The position numbers and the translations under genes are program-made. Source: Leptolyngbyaceae cyanobacterium (lineage in GTDB: Bacteria; Cyanobacteriota; Cyanobacteriia; Phormidesmidales; Phormidesmidaceae). Taken from it: 64,000 nucleotides of DNA. Where the stretch lies: the NCBI GenBank assembly GCA_965263355.1, contig CBDHHL010000032.1, positions 1,408,001 to 1,472,000 of the forward strand. The letters run 5' to 3'. The notes below the pieces were generated by a model. It saw only the letters and a list, made by a program, of their open reading frames with translations. It was not told where the DNA came from and ran no database searches. Numbering within the stretch: position 1 is the first letter of the stretch; each line of letters starts with the position of its first letter. This document shows, piece by piece, positions 20,000-30,188 of this stretch.

Positions 20000-20968
20000 T
20001 TAATCAGTTCCAACATTAGGCTGGCTTTCTGAATTTGCTTCAGACTGGCATAGATACAGCCCAATCAGAACGATGGCAAAACTGATGGCGTTAACTAAGG
20101 TGATACCCTCGTGAAAAATCGCCCAGGCCAGTAATGTGGTAAAAATCGGTTCTAACAGGAGAAATACACTGGTGAATCCTGCCGATAGATTTTTAAGGTA
20201 GTAAGTAATAACGCCTTGACCGATGACTCCACATAAAAGGCCAAGGCTAATAACGGAGAACCAACCTGAGTATGTAGAGGGAAATAATATGCCCTCGGTA
20301 AACAGTGCCAGGGGACACAGCATCAAGCTAGCAATTGTGCTATACCATCGCAAAATGGCTTCTGTTGAGAGGGACTGACGCAGATTTTGTCTGATTAGAT
20401 AGTGGATTGCATTTATCCCTGCCGAGAGTAACGCGACCATATCTCCCGTTAAATGGGTCATACCCACATTGGCATCTTTGAGGCTAATCAGGCTTACCCC
20501 CAGACAGGTGATTACCATGCCCATAAGAAACTGTCGATTAAAGCGTTCTCTGAACAATAGCCAGCCACCGATTACGGCAAAAACTGGGGTGGTATTGTGC
20601 AGTAGGTTGGAATTGGCAACGCTGGTTTGTTCTAGGGACCAGACCCAAGTGATGATGGCCAAAGAACCAACCATAATATCGGCCAGTAACCAGAGAATTA
20701 AGCCACCACTGAATTGGTTGGTGGTGGTTGGCTTATCACCGTTAGGCTGACGTAATGATTGAATCGCATACCAGACCCAAAGGGCAATGGCAGCAACCAA
20801 GAGTCGATTAAAGGTGATGGCAACGGCCCCAATATCTTGCTCTGCTATGCGAATAAAAATAGCGGCAAAGGAGAGGAGGAATATGCCTAAAAAAAGTGGG
20901 ACTAACCCCAAAATGTCTTTAAAGTGCAGCTGGCTATGTAATGCTGGATTGTCCTCACCTAAGATCAT
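20000..20968 (-). CDS. DMT/EamA-family transporter
   Basis: About 10 TM helices in two EamA repeats; LSFAAIFIR, LLEPIFTTLLAW. Confidence 0.9.
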   Translation of the reverse strand: MILGEDNPALHSQLHFKDILGLVPLFLGIFLLSFAAIFIRIAEQDIGAVAITFNRLLVAAIALWVWYAIQSLRQPNGDKPTTTNQFSGGLILWLLADIMVGSLAIITWVWSLEQTSVANSNLLHNTTPVFAVIGGWLLFRERFNRQFLMGMVITCLGVSLISLKDANVGMTHLTGDMVALLSAGINAIHYLIRQNLRQSLSTEAILRWYSTIASLMLCPLALFTEGILFPSTYSGWFSVISLGLLCGVIGQGVITYYLKNLSAGFTSVFLLLEPIFTTLLAWAIFHEGITLVNAISFAIVLIGLYLCQSEANSESQPNVGTD

Positions 20969-21085
20969 AGATGTTTATCTATTTGCTTGTACAAAGAGAC
21001 TGAATGGCTGAGTTGTAATCTGTTCTATCTTTCAATTTTAGACACAAGCTAAATGCATTCAACGAATTACTATCCTATCTCTCAG

Positions 21086-22244
21086 CTCGACTTTATCCAC
21101 TAAGCAGCATAGCAAAGCAAGTCAGACCAAGTGTTGAAAATCTCACGAGGGATTTTAATCATGTCACTGTCATCTTGAGACCGTTGAAAAATCTGTAACT
21201 GCCATAAGTGTTGCCGGACAAGAGATAATGCGTCAGAGAAGGTGGGTAACGATTTTTTGTACCAAGCGGTCTGGGGTGGGTCGAAGGGATGGTTTGATAG
21301 CCATTGATGAGCTAAGACTATCACAATCGAGAACATGGCCATCAGGGCCGGTGTGGTACGAGCAATGGCCAGAGGTGACCATTGGCGTTGAGATTCCACC
21401 CCTAAATGAGCCCGGACTTCTTCAAAGGTCACTTCGACCTGCCAGCGTAAGCGAAACCAATTAAGAATTTGGCAGGGGTCAGCTGTGAGGTTTGTACAGA
21501 GTAAGGCTTGGGTTCTGAACAGTCCATTGGGATCTTTGACCAAGACCCAGCGAATGGGTACAGCTGGTTTGCCAGGTCGATACCAGAGTGCGGTATGAGA
21601 GGTCATCAGTAAGGTATAGTCTCCATGTCCATACCAGTCTTTGAGAACAACCGATTGCCAAGGGGTATAGGGATTGTCGATTAAGGCTTGAAGTTTGGGT
21701 AAGCGCTTTCCCACTTTGGCAGACCGCCCTCGACGATGAGGGGCACGGGGGGCGGGGGCATTGTATAGAGCTGCATCTAACCGGAGTGGGGTCACCATAT
21801 GGATCGGTGTTTTCAGATGAGTCACTGCGTTCAACAATTCGAGGGTAGATGCCCTTGGCGGCGATGCGGCCCCTCGTCGTCGTTCTATCGTATCGTCTAT
21901 GCCCATCACTAAGGGACCCACTGGGACAAAGACGGCCATCAAATGCACCAATAAAATTCGACTGGCCTTGAGACTTGACCAAACCGCTCGATTGAGGACT
22001 CGATGGTAGGTTTGGTGATTTTTCGCTTGGCTCAACCCCATCACTTTGAGAATCGCACTGACCGTTCGTTTTCCAGGTGCGCTCCTATAACGAGCACCTG
22101 AGCCGCCTCCCATACACTTGGACGAAATAAGGGAGCGAATAGCGATAGCAGATTTAGTATTTCCATTTGCAGCAAGTTGGTTCTGATAAACCTATTGTGC
22201 TTGCTGCTTTCCTCATTAACCCCACATGTTTGGATAAAGTCGAG
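21086..22244 (-). mobile_element. IS701-family insertion sequence, internally deleted
   Basis: 14-bp perfect TIRs CTCGACTTTATCCA (21086-21099) / TGGATAAAGTCGAG (22231-22244), flanked by CTCAG / CTAAG. Contains transposase remnants. Confidence 0.85.
21100..22166 (-). pseudogene. IS701-family DDE transposase pseudogene
   Basis: Motifs PGKRTV, YHRVLNRAVWS, GIDDTIERR, RWQVEVTFEEVRAHLG. ATG 22166 (MEILNLLSLFAPLF) is out of frame with the rest. A frameshift at RRG/RIAAKGIY is followed by an apparent internal deletion. Confidence 0.85.
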
Positions 22245-22254
22245 CTAAGGGTTC

Positions 22255-22328
22255 TTACCAAGGGAGAGTTAGAGGGGGTTAGGCAAACGCAAACGCTAAT
22301 TTTCAGGACTTGTGCATACACCGTAGCC
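22255..22328 (+). repeat. Cyanobacterial dispersed-repeat remnant
   Basis: TTACCAAGGGAGAGTTAGAGGGGG...GACTTGTGCATACACCGTAGC resembles common cyanobacterial MITE ends; only one copy in this window. Confidence 0.4.
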
Positions 22329-22402
22329 TATACCCCGAGGGGCATGCGTCAGATGCACGGGGCAATGAGAACCAATGAGTGTCTCTTTTCTGAGCTAAAC
22401 CA

Positions 22403-23143
22403 TTACTCCTGATCCTGGAGCAGTACAACAGATTGCCAGGCAGCTTGCAAATGCTGATTATTGGGATAAGCTTTCATCTCACTCATTAGCACCCCCAACA
22501 TGTCATACCAGTATCCATTTTCCGCTAGCCACTGAGCCTGCTCTAATGGTTTTTTCTGCTGAAGTAGTCGGGTCAGCAATGGTGTAGCAGCCACCCGTTG
22601 AACCCAGCCCACCAAAACAGGATTATCAGGATCTGCCTGTTCGCCACAAACTACCACAACATGCCAACGGTAGTTACGACCCACGGCTAGAGGGGGTGCT
22701 TCATCTGATAATGACAGCCTAATAAACCCAGTTTGATCAGCTACCCCAAAGTCTTCCTCTGCATAATATAGTCCCGCTTCATCCATCACCGTGAGAATTA
22801 ATCGTTGAACCGATGAGTTTTCTGGCACCTGTACAACTAAGGTAGGACGATCTGCTAAGGTAAGTCCAAAGTTATTCTCAGGCATGAGGACTTCTACTGA
22901 TTGTTCTTCTATATTACAAAGGCCACCATTGCGTGAACCGACACCAGATGTATCTTTAGGGGCATCGTCTCCAGGTGGATCAAATGTTTCATGAAAAACA
23001 ATTTTGTCTATGGTATCCACCCTTTTAGGAGATTGTTGGGCGTTTACAGATCGAGTAATAGCAGCCGTAACTATCACAGAAAGTACAGCAGTCATTCCCC
23101 AGTAAGCAATTGGGGAAGAATTAAAAAATGTCCCGAGGTGCAT
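22403..23143 (-). CDS. DUF928 domain-containing secreted protein
   Basis: Signal peptide (VNA-QQ), FDPPGDDAPKDTSGVGSR..C, GLTLADRPT, LAVGRNYRW, GWVQRV, AENGYWYD. Confidence 0.9.
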   Translation of the reverse strand: MHLGTFFNSSPIAYWGMTAVLSVIVTAAITRSVNAQQSPKRVDTIDKIVFHETFDPPGDDAPKDTSGVGSRNGGLCNIEEQSVEVLMPENNFGLTLADRPTLVVQVPENSSVQRLILTVMDEAGLYYAEEDFGVADQTGFIRLSLSDEAPPLAVGRNYRWHVVVVCGEQADPDNPVLVGWVQRVAATPLLTRLLQQKKPLEQAQWLAENGYWYDMLGVLMSEMKAYPNNQHLQAAWQSVVLLQDQE

Positions 23144-23512
23144 CTACTTAGAAGTTTGGTAAAGTACTCAACTTGATCGATTTGCTGTGACAATCTCTAC
23201 TCAAACTTACAAAGGGGGTTAATAGCTTCAGTAAAGTTTTCAGCAAAATTACCCATAAAAATCAAAAACATCGCTGACTCTTTTTTATAACTCTTAGGTC
23301 ATTAGCTATGTTGCTTACACAGCAATACATCTAAGAAACAATAGCAATCTCTTTCTTCGATCTCCAAAAGAGCAAGGCATTGCGTCCTCAAAAAGTCATT
23401 GTTATTTCGTACAAATTATCCACTACGATAAGTTAGTTGTTACTTTGTACAAAAGTTGAATCCACGATTCTCATTTTGTACAGTATTGTGACTAGAGGAA
23501 CCACATACTCAT

Positions 23513-26128
23513 TTACAACCAATTCCCAATCAAAACAAAGGGAGCCCAATAGTAAGGGTGCCTATAGTCATCACTACGCAACAAAGACAGCTGTGCTTGT
23601 TGCAGCGACCCAGCCCGAGAGCGCCCCACCTGACTAAGCTGTTGATAAAACTGATGCATCAGTTCTGCGGTAGAAAAGTCTTCCACCGACCACAGTGAGG
23701 CCACAGTACTCCTTGCCCCAGATCGTACTGCTAAACCAGCCATTCCCAATGCCGCTCTGTCATCCCCCTTAGCCGTCTGACAGGCACTTAAAATCAGCAT
23801 CTCAACGGGTGACTTTAGCTCTTGCTGCTGCAATAGATTCTCCAGTTCTTTTAGTTGTAGACGATTGTTCCAGGTCAAAATAAACGTCTCATCAGCCTTT
23901 GAACTAAACTGCCCATGGGTAGCCAAATGCACGATAGAAACAGGACGTTCAGTCACCTCTTTTGCCAGGTTATCCTTGGTGAAATTTTGATTGAGCAAAA
24001 TTTGTGTCGATGCTTGGGCTTTAATTTGCCGCATTTCAACATCCACCGCTGGCAACGCATTAAACCCTTGATGAGCAACCGACATTCCCCCGGCTAACAC
24101 CTGCAAGCCCTGGTTAGGCACCCCTGGCGACTCAAATAGCTGTAAACCAGGCGTCAGAGCTAAACTGTAGCGTTCGATCAGAAATTGCTTGCCATCATGT
24201 AAAACCGCCATCGGTAAGTTGCGCAGGGAGCCATCCAGCACAAATACCAGTCGCTGGATGCCAGCTTCTGTCAAAGCAGACTCTGCCGGTCTTAGTAACC
24301 AATCGTAGAGTTGTTGGGCCGGGGGTAAGACCCGAGTTGCGGGAAAGGCTGGGTTTAAGGCCTGTCGTAGGCTCTGGAATGTTTTTTGTCGGGTCTGCGC
24401 AGATAGCGTACGGCCATAATGCTGTAGAGTTCCGTCAGGTAAGGCCAGAATCACCTCTAATCGATCGTCTAGCAAAATGGGATATAAGACAGCCGCTTGG
24501 GGATCAATCTCATCAATGGGACGCACAGTATAGGTCAGACAAGCCTCTCGAAAATAGTTTTCTAGCTCGGCTAGCTGTAGGCCTTCGATCACCTGACGAG
24601 AATGGGCTAGTCGCTGTTGTTGTTGCTCGGGTGGTAGGTCATCTACAGTCTGTAACAATAGCTGCACTAATTCGCGATAGACCGGTTCGACTTGTTTTTG
24701 AAACGAAAACTGGATGTCTGGATTCGATGCTACCAAATCTTGATCTAACGATTCTAGTAGAGTAACCGCTTGATCATAGGCATCTATCGCTAGCTCAGGT
24801 TGTTTCTGTGCTTTGAGAATTCGTCCCCGTTGCCACTGCCAAATAGCAGTAATTTCGTCAGCCTGTACCTGCTTTGAGCGCTGAATTGCTTGTTCTGTTA
24901 GGGAGAGTGCCTCAGACCATTGTTGTGTTTGCTCATAAAGCTTGCCGAGCTGCCCAAGGGCATAGGATTCGGCATGAGGATCGTTAAGGGTTTGAGCTTG
25001 GTGGATGGATTGGGCGAGGAGGTGGGCGAGGGAGGGGAGGGAGAGAGGGGGAGAGGGGGAGGAAGAATTGGATAGTAGGGTTTCTGCAAAATTGACCTGG
25101 GCATAGATGCCCCAACGGCTGGGGGGTAGGGTTTCTAGTTGAGACTTGATGCCGTTGGCTAGGGCCAGGACAGTGGTCTCCTGGGACTGATCGAGCAAAA
25201 GTCGCAACTGATTAAGGGCGGTTTCTAGCCAGAGGCGGGATTGGTGTGGTGTGGTGTCGAGGACCTGCTGATAAAAGGAGAAAGCGGTTTTAAGATTGCC
25301 TTGGGCTTGGGTGGTGTTGCCAAGTTGGAAACGGGCGTTTGCGATCGCACCCCCATCATTCAGTTCCTGAGCAACGGTCAAGCTATCAGTCAATACAGTC
25401 TGAGACTCTTCCAGATCTCCAGTGGTTCTCAGAATAATGCCTATTGACTGCAGACCCTGAGCTTTAAGCAATGAAACTGGCTGGTTGGCTAACGTCTGAC
25501 GCAGATCGGTGATTAATCTACTGGCGCGGGCATAGTACCCCAGGGAGCGTAAGGCCTGTATCTGATTCGTTTGGGTCAACATCACTCCGGCGGGATCATG
25601 TCCTTGGCGATAGTTTTGTTCTGCCGTCTGCCATGTGGCCAACGCTTGAGCAGGGTGTCCCTGGTGAAACTCTAAAGTACCCTGGGCATTGAGTACCTGG
25701 GCTAGGGCAATGGGCTGGTTAGATACATGGGCATGGGCCTGTGCGATCTCATCTTCTGCCGCTGACCACTGTCCAAGATCTTGATAGGCCAGGGTGAGAT
25801 AGGTATAGGCGAGAGCCTGATCCGCTGATGTGGTCGCTGTTGCTATGGCCTGTTGCCAAAGGTTAATGGCCTGATGAAGTTGTCCGGCATGATAATACTG
25901 TTGCCCTTGCTCCAGTAGCTCTGCTGGACTGTTGTTTCCACTGTCATGACGGGTATTGACAGAGAGTTCACTGGTAGCTAATTCAGACGCTATAAGGTGA
26001 ATGGGGGGGCTGTAAATGCCGTGGGATTGCGACGATAGCTGTTCAACGGCTTCTGTTTTGACAGTACCGATGAGCACAAAACAACAGCTTAAAAATAGCA
26101 GCAGCCCGTAGCGAAGCCGTCGGTTCAT
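23513..26128 (-). CDS. Secreted TPR + CHAT (caspase-like, HetF-associated) protease
   Basis: Signal peptide MNRRLRYGLLLFLSCC..., TPR repeats, catalytic VHLATHGQF and LILSACQTA, terminal HPYYWAPFVLIGNW. ATG 26128 has an AAGGAGG RBS and an ATGA overlap with the upstream stop. Confidence 0.93.
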   Translation of the reverse strand: MNRRLRYGLLLFLSCCFVLIGTVKTEAVEQLSSQSHGIYSPPIHLIASELATSELSVNTRHDSGNNSPAELLEQGQQYYHAGQLHQAINLWQQAIATATTSADQALAYTYLTLAYQDLGQWSAAEDEIAQAHAHVSNQPIALAQVLNAQGTLEFHQGHPAQALATWQTAEQNYRQGHDPAGVMLTQTNQIQALRSLGYYARASRLITDLRQTLANQPVSLLKAQGLQSIGIILRTTGDLEESQTVLTDSLTVAQELNDGGAIANARFQLGNTTQAQGNLKTAFSFYQQVLDTTPHQSRLWLETALNQLRLLLDQSQETTVLALANGIKSQLETLPPSRWGIYAQVNFAETLLSNSSSPSPPLSLPSLAHLLAQSIHQAQTLNDPHAESYALGQLGKLYEQTQQWSEALSLTEQAIQRSKQVQADEITAIWQWQRGRILKAQKQPELAIDAYDQAVTLLESLDQDLVASNPDIQFSFQKQVEPVYRELVQLLLQTVDDLPPEQQQQRLAHSRQVIEGLQLAELENYFREACLTYTVRPIDEIDPQAAVLYPILLDDRLEVILALPDGTLQHYGRTLSAQTRQKTFQSLRQALNPAFPATRVLPPAQQLYDWLLRPAESALTEAGIQRLVFVLDGSLRNLPMAVLHDGKQFLIERYSLALTPGLQLFESPGVPNQGLQVLAGGMSVAHQGFNALPAVDVEMRQIKAQASTQILLNQNFTKDNLAKEVTERPVSIVHLATHGQFSSKADETFILTWNNRLQLKELENLLQQQELKSPVEMLILSACQTAKGDDRAALGMAGLAVRSGARSTVASLWSVEDFSTAELMHQFYQQLSQVGRSRAGSLQQAQLSLLRSDDYRHPYYWAPFVLIGNWL

Positions 26129-29100
26129 CCTGCCCTCCTTGCTGTTACACATTGGGTGTGTGGGAGTTTAGTCATTTGAGAAGCCTGTGCCACCAACTGC
26201 ACACGTCCTTGGTCATCAATCAACCAGTCCTGTGCTTCTACAACTTCTTCAGGGGATAACGCCTGTTCAATTACTTCACCAGTGACTCCATCAGGGCGTC
26301 GCCAGTCTTGTAGTACGATTTGTCCCTGCCAGAGCTGACGCGGGTCCGTAGGCAGGCCTCCTCTCCCCGTGGTTACTAGAGAATTGTTACTGCCAGCGGC
26401 ACAGCGAGCGGTGATTTGGTCGGCAGATGCCAACTGGTCTGGTAGCTCTAACTCTGAGGGTTCAAGTTCTGGATTGAACTGTTCAATAATCACTTCACCA
26501 TCAAGACCAAACTGTGAGCTGGCGGTAATGTCATTAAAAGGCGTGAGATTTTCTCGAAAGTCAATACCCAAAAGTCCTTGAGTAGCAATGGTAATATTGC
26601 CACCGTTACCTTCAAACGCATTGGCTGTAATGTCGCTATTCTCGCCAGGAACCGCAATAATAAAGCCATCGCCAAACGTAATATTGCCCCCATTGCCCCC
26701 AGCTCCAGCCTGGCCAGCTGTGGTGGAGATTATGCTACCGTTCCGTAAGAACAGTAGATCATCGATTTGTAGCGCCACGTTGCCCCCCTCTCCCGATGCG
26801 CTAGTCGCAGTGATATTACCCTGATCCAAAGACAACAACCTGGCTCCGATGCCAATATTGCCAGCGTCACCCTGACCTTCGCCACTGACGGTCACAGTAG
26901 CCCCATCTCGAATTCGGAACTCTCCTGTGGTGACTTGAATATCTCCTCCGGTCCCCGTAGCGGTTTCAAAGGAAGAAGCCAGCAGACCACTGGCAATACC
27001 CGTATCGGTGGGATCAATCAAATCGATTGACTCAGTGGCAACCACGGTCAAATCTCCAGCTTTTCCCGTACCAAATGTTGTAGTAATTGCCTGGGCTCCC
27101 CCGCTAGCCCGCATCCGTTGAGTTTGCAGTTCAATATCACCAGAGGTTGCTGCTGTAAACGACCCAGTGGCGAGTAAGGAGCCCTCTAGCTGTAGATCGT
27201 TAGTGGCCGTGATGTTAATATCACCACCTGCCCCGTTATTTAAGGTGGTGGTGGCTACCAACGCCCCATTACGGGCAATAAATTCGGATGTCCTAATTTC
27301 CACATTGCCAGCAGAGCCCTCACCGGCAGCTACGGTCAAAATACCCTGGGTAAAGTTATCCACGCCTAAGGTACCATCAAGGGCCGGGTCAATAATCTGT
27401 TCTTTTAGGACAGTAAAACCATTGCCCACAATCTCAACAGATTCACTGGCATCAATCCGAATATTGCCTCCATTTTCCACAGTCGTTGTGGATGCATTAA
27501 TCTGACCATTATTCAGCTTTAGGCTATCGGTAACAATGTCAATGTCTGCCCCTGCGCCATTACCTAAGGTAGCTGTGGTAATTTCGCCCCCATCCTTTAC
27601 TATTAGCTGCTGGGTAGTAATATTTACCGGTCCAGAATCACCGCTTGCCAGGGAGTTAGACGAAATTCTACTGGCTGTGTCTCCAGCGGCATTAATGCCA
27701 ACAACCTCGATTCGATCCCTTGCTTGCACCGTGAGAATTCCTCCATCGCCTGCTCCAAACGTATTAGAGGCCAGTAGGCTACCATCCTGAATCGATAGTG
27801 CTTCAGCGACAAGGGACATGTCACCAGCAGCCCCTGGCGAAATCGATGTAGTAATCACGCGAGCCCCCCCTGTCAGGGTGACCGTTTCCGCTTGAATCTC
27901 TAAATCACCCGCATCTCCACCTAAAAAATCAGTGCTCGTAAAGATTCCGCTGGTGCCTTGTAGATTAATATCTTCAGCAACGATAGATAGATTGCCACCT
28001 TCCCCCAGCACTGATGAGGTACTAATCCCAGCGCCATTGCGCAAGTTTAACTGCTTAGTGTTGAGGATAATGGCACCTGCTTTTCCAAATCCAAACCCGC
28101 CAGCAAAAATGGAACTGCCATTGCGGGCTAGCTCGATAATTTCTGCAGCGGACCCCGTTGGTGAAAGGTTTGATGGCCCTGGCAAAGAGCCAATCAGATC
28201 GATGGAGTCAGTCACATTGACAATCACATCCCCCCCGTCCCCCGTCAGAGATGTGGCCGACGAGAGTCCATAGGCCTCAACGGTCACGGGTAAATTAAAC
28301 CCAGGGGTACGAATAACTTGTAAGGATCGGGCATTGAGCACTAAGTCCCCTGTATCTGCTGTGCCAAAGTCAGTGCCAGCAAAAATGCCTGTATTACGCA
28401 TAACGATATCCTCGTCAGCATTGATAAAGACACTGCCACCGACGGCATCTTGAAACGGTCCTAAGAAAAGCAGGATAGATTCATCTCGACTCAGGGTACC
28501 GATGGAGGTCTCGTTTAGATCCATCGATTGGGCAGAAATGCGAATATCGCCGCCCACACCATTGCCAGCCATGCGATTAATGATGCGGTAGTTGTCAGCG
28601 GCGAGGGCACCGCCACTGGTGAGGGTAATCTGACCAGACTGCAACCCGTTGGCGCTAATGTCACCAAAGCGAGAAATGGGTTGGGGCGATCGCAAATCTA
28701 AATCCCCCCCAGCCGTAATGGTAATGTCTCCCGCCGTACCTGAAAAATCGGCGATAGTTCCAGTTGTAATGGAGCTGTCGGTCGCTATTTGGCCATTGAT
28801 GGCAATGTTTTCAGCAGCCGTGATGGTAATATTACCTGATTGATGATCCCCGTCGGATATCAAGTTATCGGTGACAGTAATGGAGCCTGCTAAGCTTGTA
28901 ACATCAATATTGCCACCATTGTCTCTTGTACTGTGGCTATCCAGCAGCCCAACGGTGATATCGCCCAAGGCAGAGAGGATAATATCACCGCTGTCACCAT
29001 TGCTATTCGTCGTAATGACGCTACCATCAGCGGTATTAATTTGATTTCCAGACAGCTCTACCTGACCACCAGGAGCAAGTAACGACCCCAGATTTCGAAC

Positions 29101-29820
29101 ATCGCCCCCCAGCAAGGTCAAATTCTGTTGTGGATCAACAGCTAAGATACCGCGATTCTCTAATAGGCTATTTCTGGTACTTGCACCATACTGAATCCCT
29201 GGTGCCACATTCAAACTCAACAGCGGTGATGGCACATCAGGCTGCACAGTACTAAATTCATACCCATCAATCCACAGGCTGTCTACAGTAGTTGCCGTAA
29301 ATGAGCCAGCAATATCTAACTGGGCCGCCTCACCAAACACAATGCCGTTAGGATTTAGCAAAAACAAGTTGGCTGGACCGTTAACCCCCAGCGTGCCATC
29401 AATAGCCGACGGTTGATTTCCTGTGATGCGAGTCAGAATATTGGTAATGCCCGCTGGGTTAGTAAAGTAAACCTGTTGCCCTTGGTCAATATTAAAGTCA
29501 GAAAAACTGTGAAATAGACCTGTACCACGGACAGCACCGCCCTCCAAACGTACTCCATCGGGAGTGCTGATTACCGTTGAACCTTCATTCCCAAGGGTAG
29601 TATCCGGAATCACCTGAGCCAGGGCATTTTGGAACGTAACCAGGGGAGCAGCTAGCAAGAAACCTGCCACAGCCCCTCTCAAGGCCGTCCAACTAAAATG
29701 CAAGCTAATCCTAAATCTGAATGCAGCCAATCCGACTAAAAATGGACAAAGTTGTAGGGGCAATCCCTTGTAGTTGCCCTGGGATATTGGGGGCAGGCAA
29801 CCAGGATTTTGTGTAAGCAT
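26125..29820 (-). CDS. Filamentous haemagglutinin N-terminal domain protein (TpsA-like exoprotein)
   Basis: AQVIPDTTLG, LFHSFSDFNI, NLFLLNPNGIVFG, many GxGGxI beta-helix repeats, cyanobacterial C-terminal TGRGGLP..P / EAQDW motif. Confidence 0.93.
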   Translation of the reverse strand: MLTQNPGCLPPISQGNYKGLPLQLCPFLVGLAAFRFRISLHFSWTALRGAVAGFLLAAPLVTFQNALAQVIPDTTLGNEGSTVISTPDGVRLEGGAVRGTGLFHSFSDFNIDQGQQVYFTNPAGITNILTRITGNQPSAIDGTLGVNGPANLFLLNPNGIVFGEAAQLDIAGSFTATTVDSLWIDGYEFSTVQPDVPSPLLSLNVAPGIQYGASTRNSLLENRGILAVDPQQNLTLLGGDVRNLGSLLAPGGQVELSGNQINTADGSVITTNSNGDSGDIILSALGDITVGLLDSHSTRDNGGNIDVTSLAGSITVTDNLISDGDHQSGNITITAAENIAINGQIATDSSITTGTIADFSGTAGDITITAGGDLDLRSPQPISRFGDISANGLQSGQITLTSGGALAADNYRIINRMAGNGVGGDIRISAQSMDLNETSIGTLSRDESILLFLGPFQDAVGGSVFINADEDIVMRNTGIFAGTDFGTADTGDLVLNARSLQVIRTPGFNLPVTVEAYGLSSATSLTGDGGDVIVNVTDSIDLIGSLPGPSNLSPTGSAAEIIELARNGSSIFAGGFGFGKAGAIILNTKQLNLRNGAGISTSSVLGEGGNLSIVAEDINLQGTSGIFTSTDFLGGDAGDLEIQAETVTLTGGARVITTSISPGAAGDMSLVAEALSIQDGSLLASNTFGAGDGGILTVQARDRIEVVGINAAGDTASRISSNSLASGDSGPVNITTQQLIVKDGGEITTATLGNGAGADIDIVTDSLKLNNGQINASTTTVENGGNIRIDASESVEIVGNGFTVLKEQIIDPALDGTLGVDNFTQGILTVAAGEGSAGNVEIRTSEFIARNGALVATTTLNNGAGGDINITATNDLQLEGSLLATGSFTAATSGDIELQTQRMRASGGAQAITTTFGTGKAGDLTVVATESIDLIDPTDTGIASGLLASSFETATGTGGDIQVTTGEFRIRDGATVTVSGEGQGDAGNIGIGARLLSLDQGNITATSASGEGGNVALQIDDLLFLRNGSIISTTAGQAGAGGNGGNITFGDGFIIAVPGENSDITANAFEGNGGNITIATQGLLGIDFRENLTPFNDITASSQFGLDGEVIIEQFNPELEPSELELPDQLASADQITARCAAGSNNSLVTTGRGGLPTDPRQLWQGQIVLQDWRRPDGVTGEVIEQALSPEEVVEAQDWLIDDQGRVQLVAQASQMTKLPHTQCVTARRAG
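29708..29814 (+). repeat. ~107-bp MITE copy lying in frame within the 5' end of the FHA gene
   Basis: ATCCTAAATCT...CCGACTAAAAATGGAC...GTAGGGGCAATCCCTTGTAGTTGCCCT...CAGGATTTTGTGT aligns end to end with 55271-55376. Confidence 0.75.
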
Positions 29821-30063
29821 AGGCAATCTAAAGCACCCATTCGCGTGGGGTTAACCACACTGTGAATCTACGCTTTGATATTTCAGTGCTAAATGATAAT
29901 TTCATCCCAACTTTATACGTCTTTGCAATATACCTCACTTTTCTTACCTTTTGCACATTAGGTAAGTTTGGTGCATTGAAGTAATAGAAGTGAGGTGATT
30001 GATAGGTTCCTTCTCTTTGACACCTTTGCAACTAGTGTTTTCAGCTAAAGTTCGGCTATGGCT

Positions 30064-30107
30064 ACTTGATCATGGGCATTGATGTCGCCTGGCTACCATG
30101 ATCAAGT
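30064..30107. other. 12-bp inverted repeat upstream of the tail-collar gene
   Basis: ACTTGATCATGG / CCATGATCAAGT with 20-nt spacer. Confidence 0.55.
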
Positions 30108-30188
30108 GGTTTGCTTGTCAGTTTGAGTCAATGCTATGAGCTGACTGGCCTATTTGTTCTTTGTTTGTTACCTGGAGAGAGACAACCG

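Noticed and set aside
23405..23485. Repeated GTACA motifs upstream of DUF928
   Set aside because: Short, irregularly spaced and in AT-rich DNA; not distinguishable from chance by eye.
26369..28843. Several 60-113 aa + strand ORFs
   Set aside because: Antisense shadows of the repetitive FHA gene; similar shadow ORFs elsewhere were also ignored.
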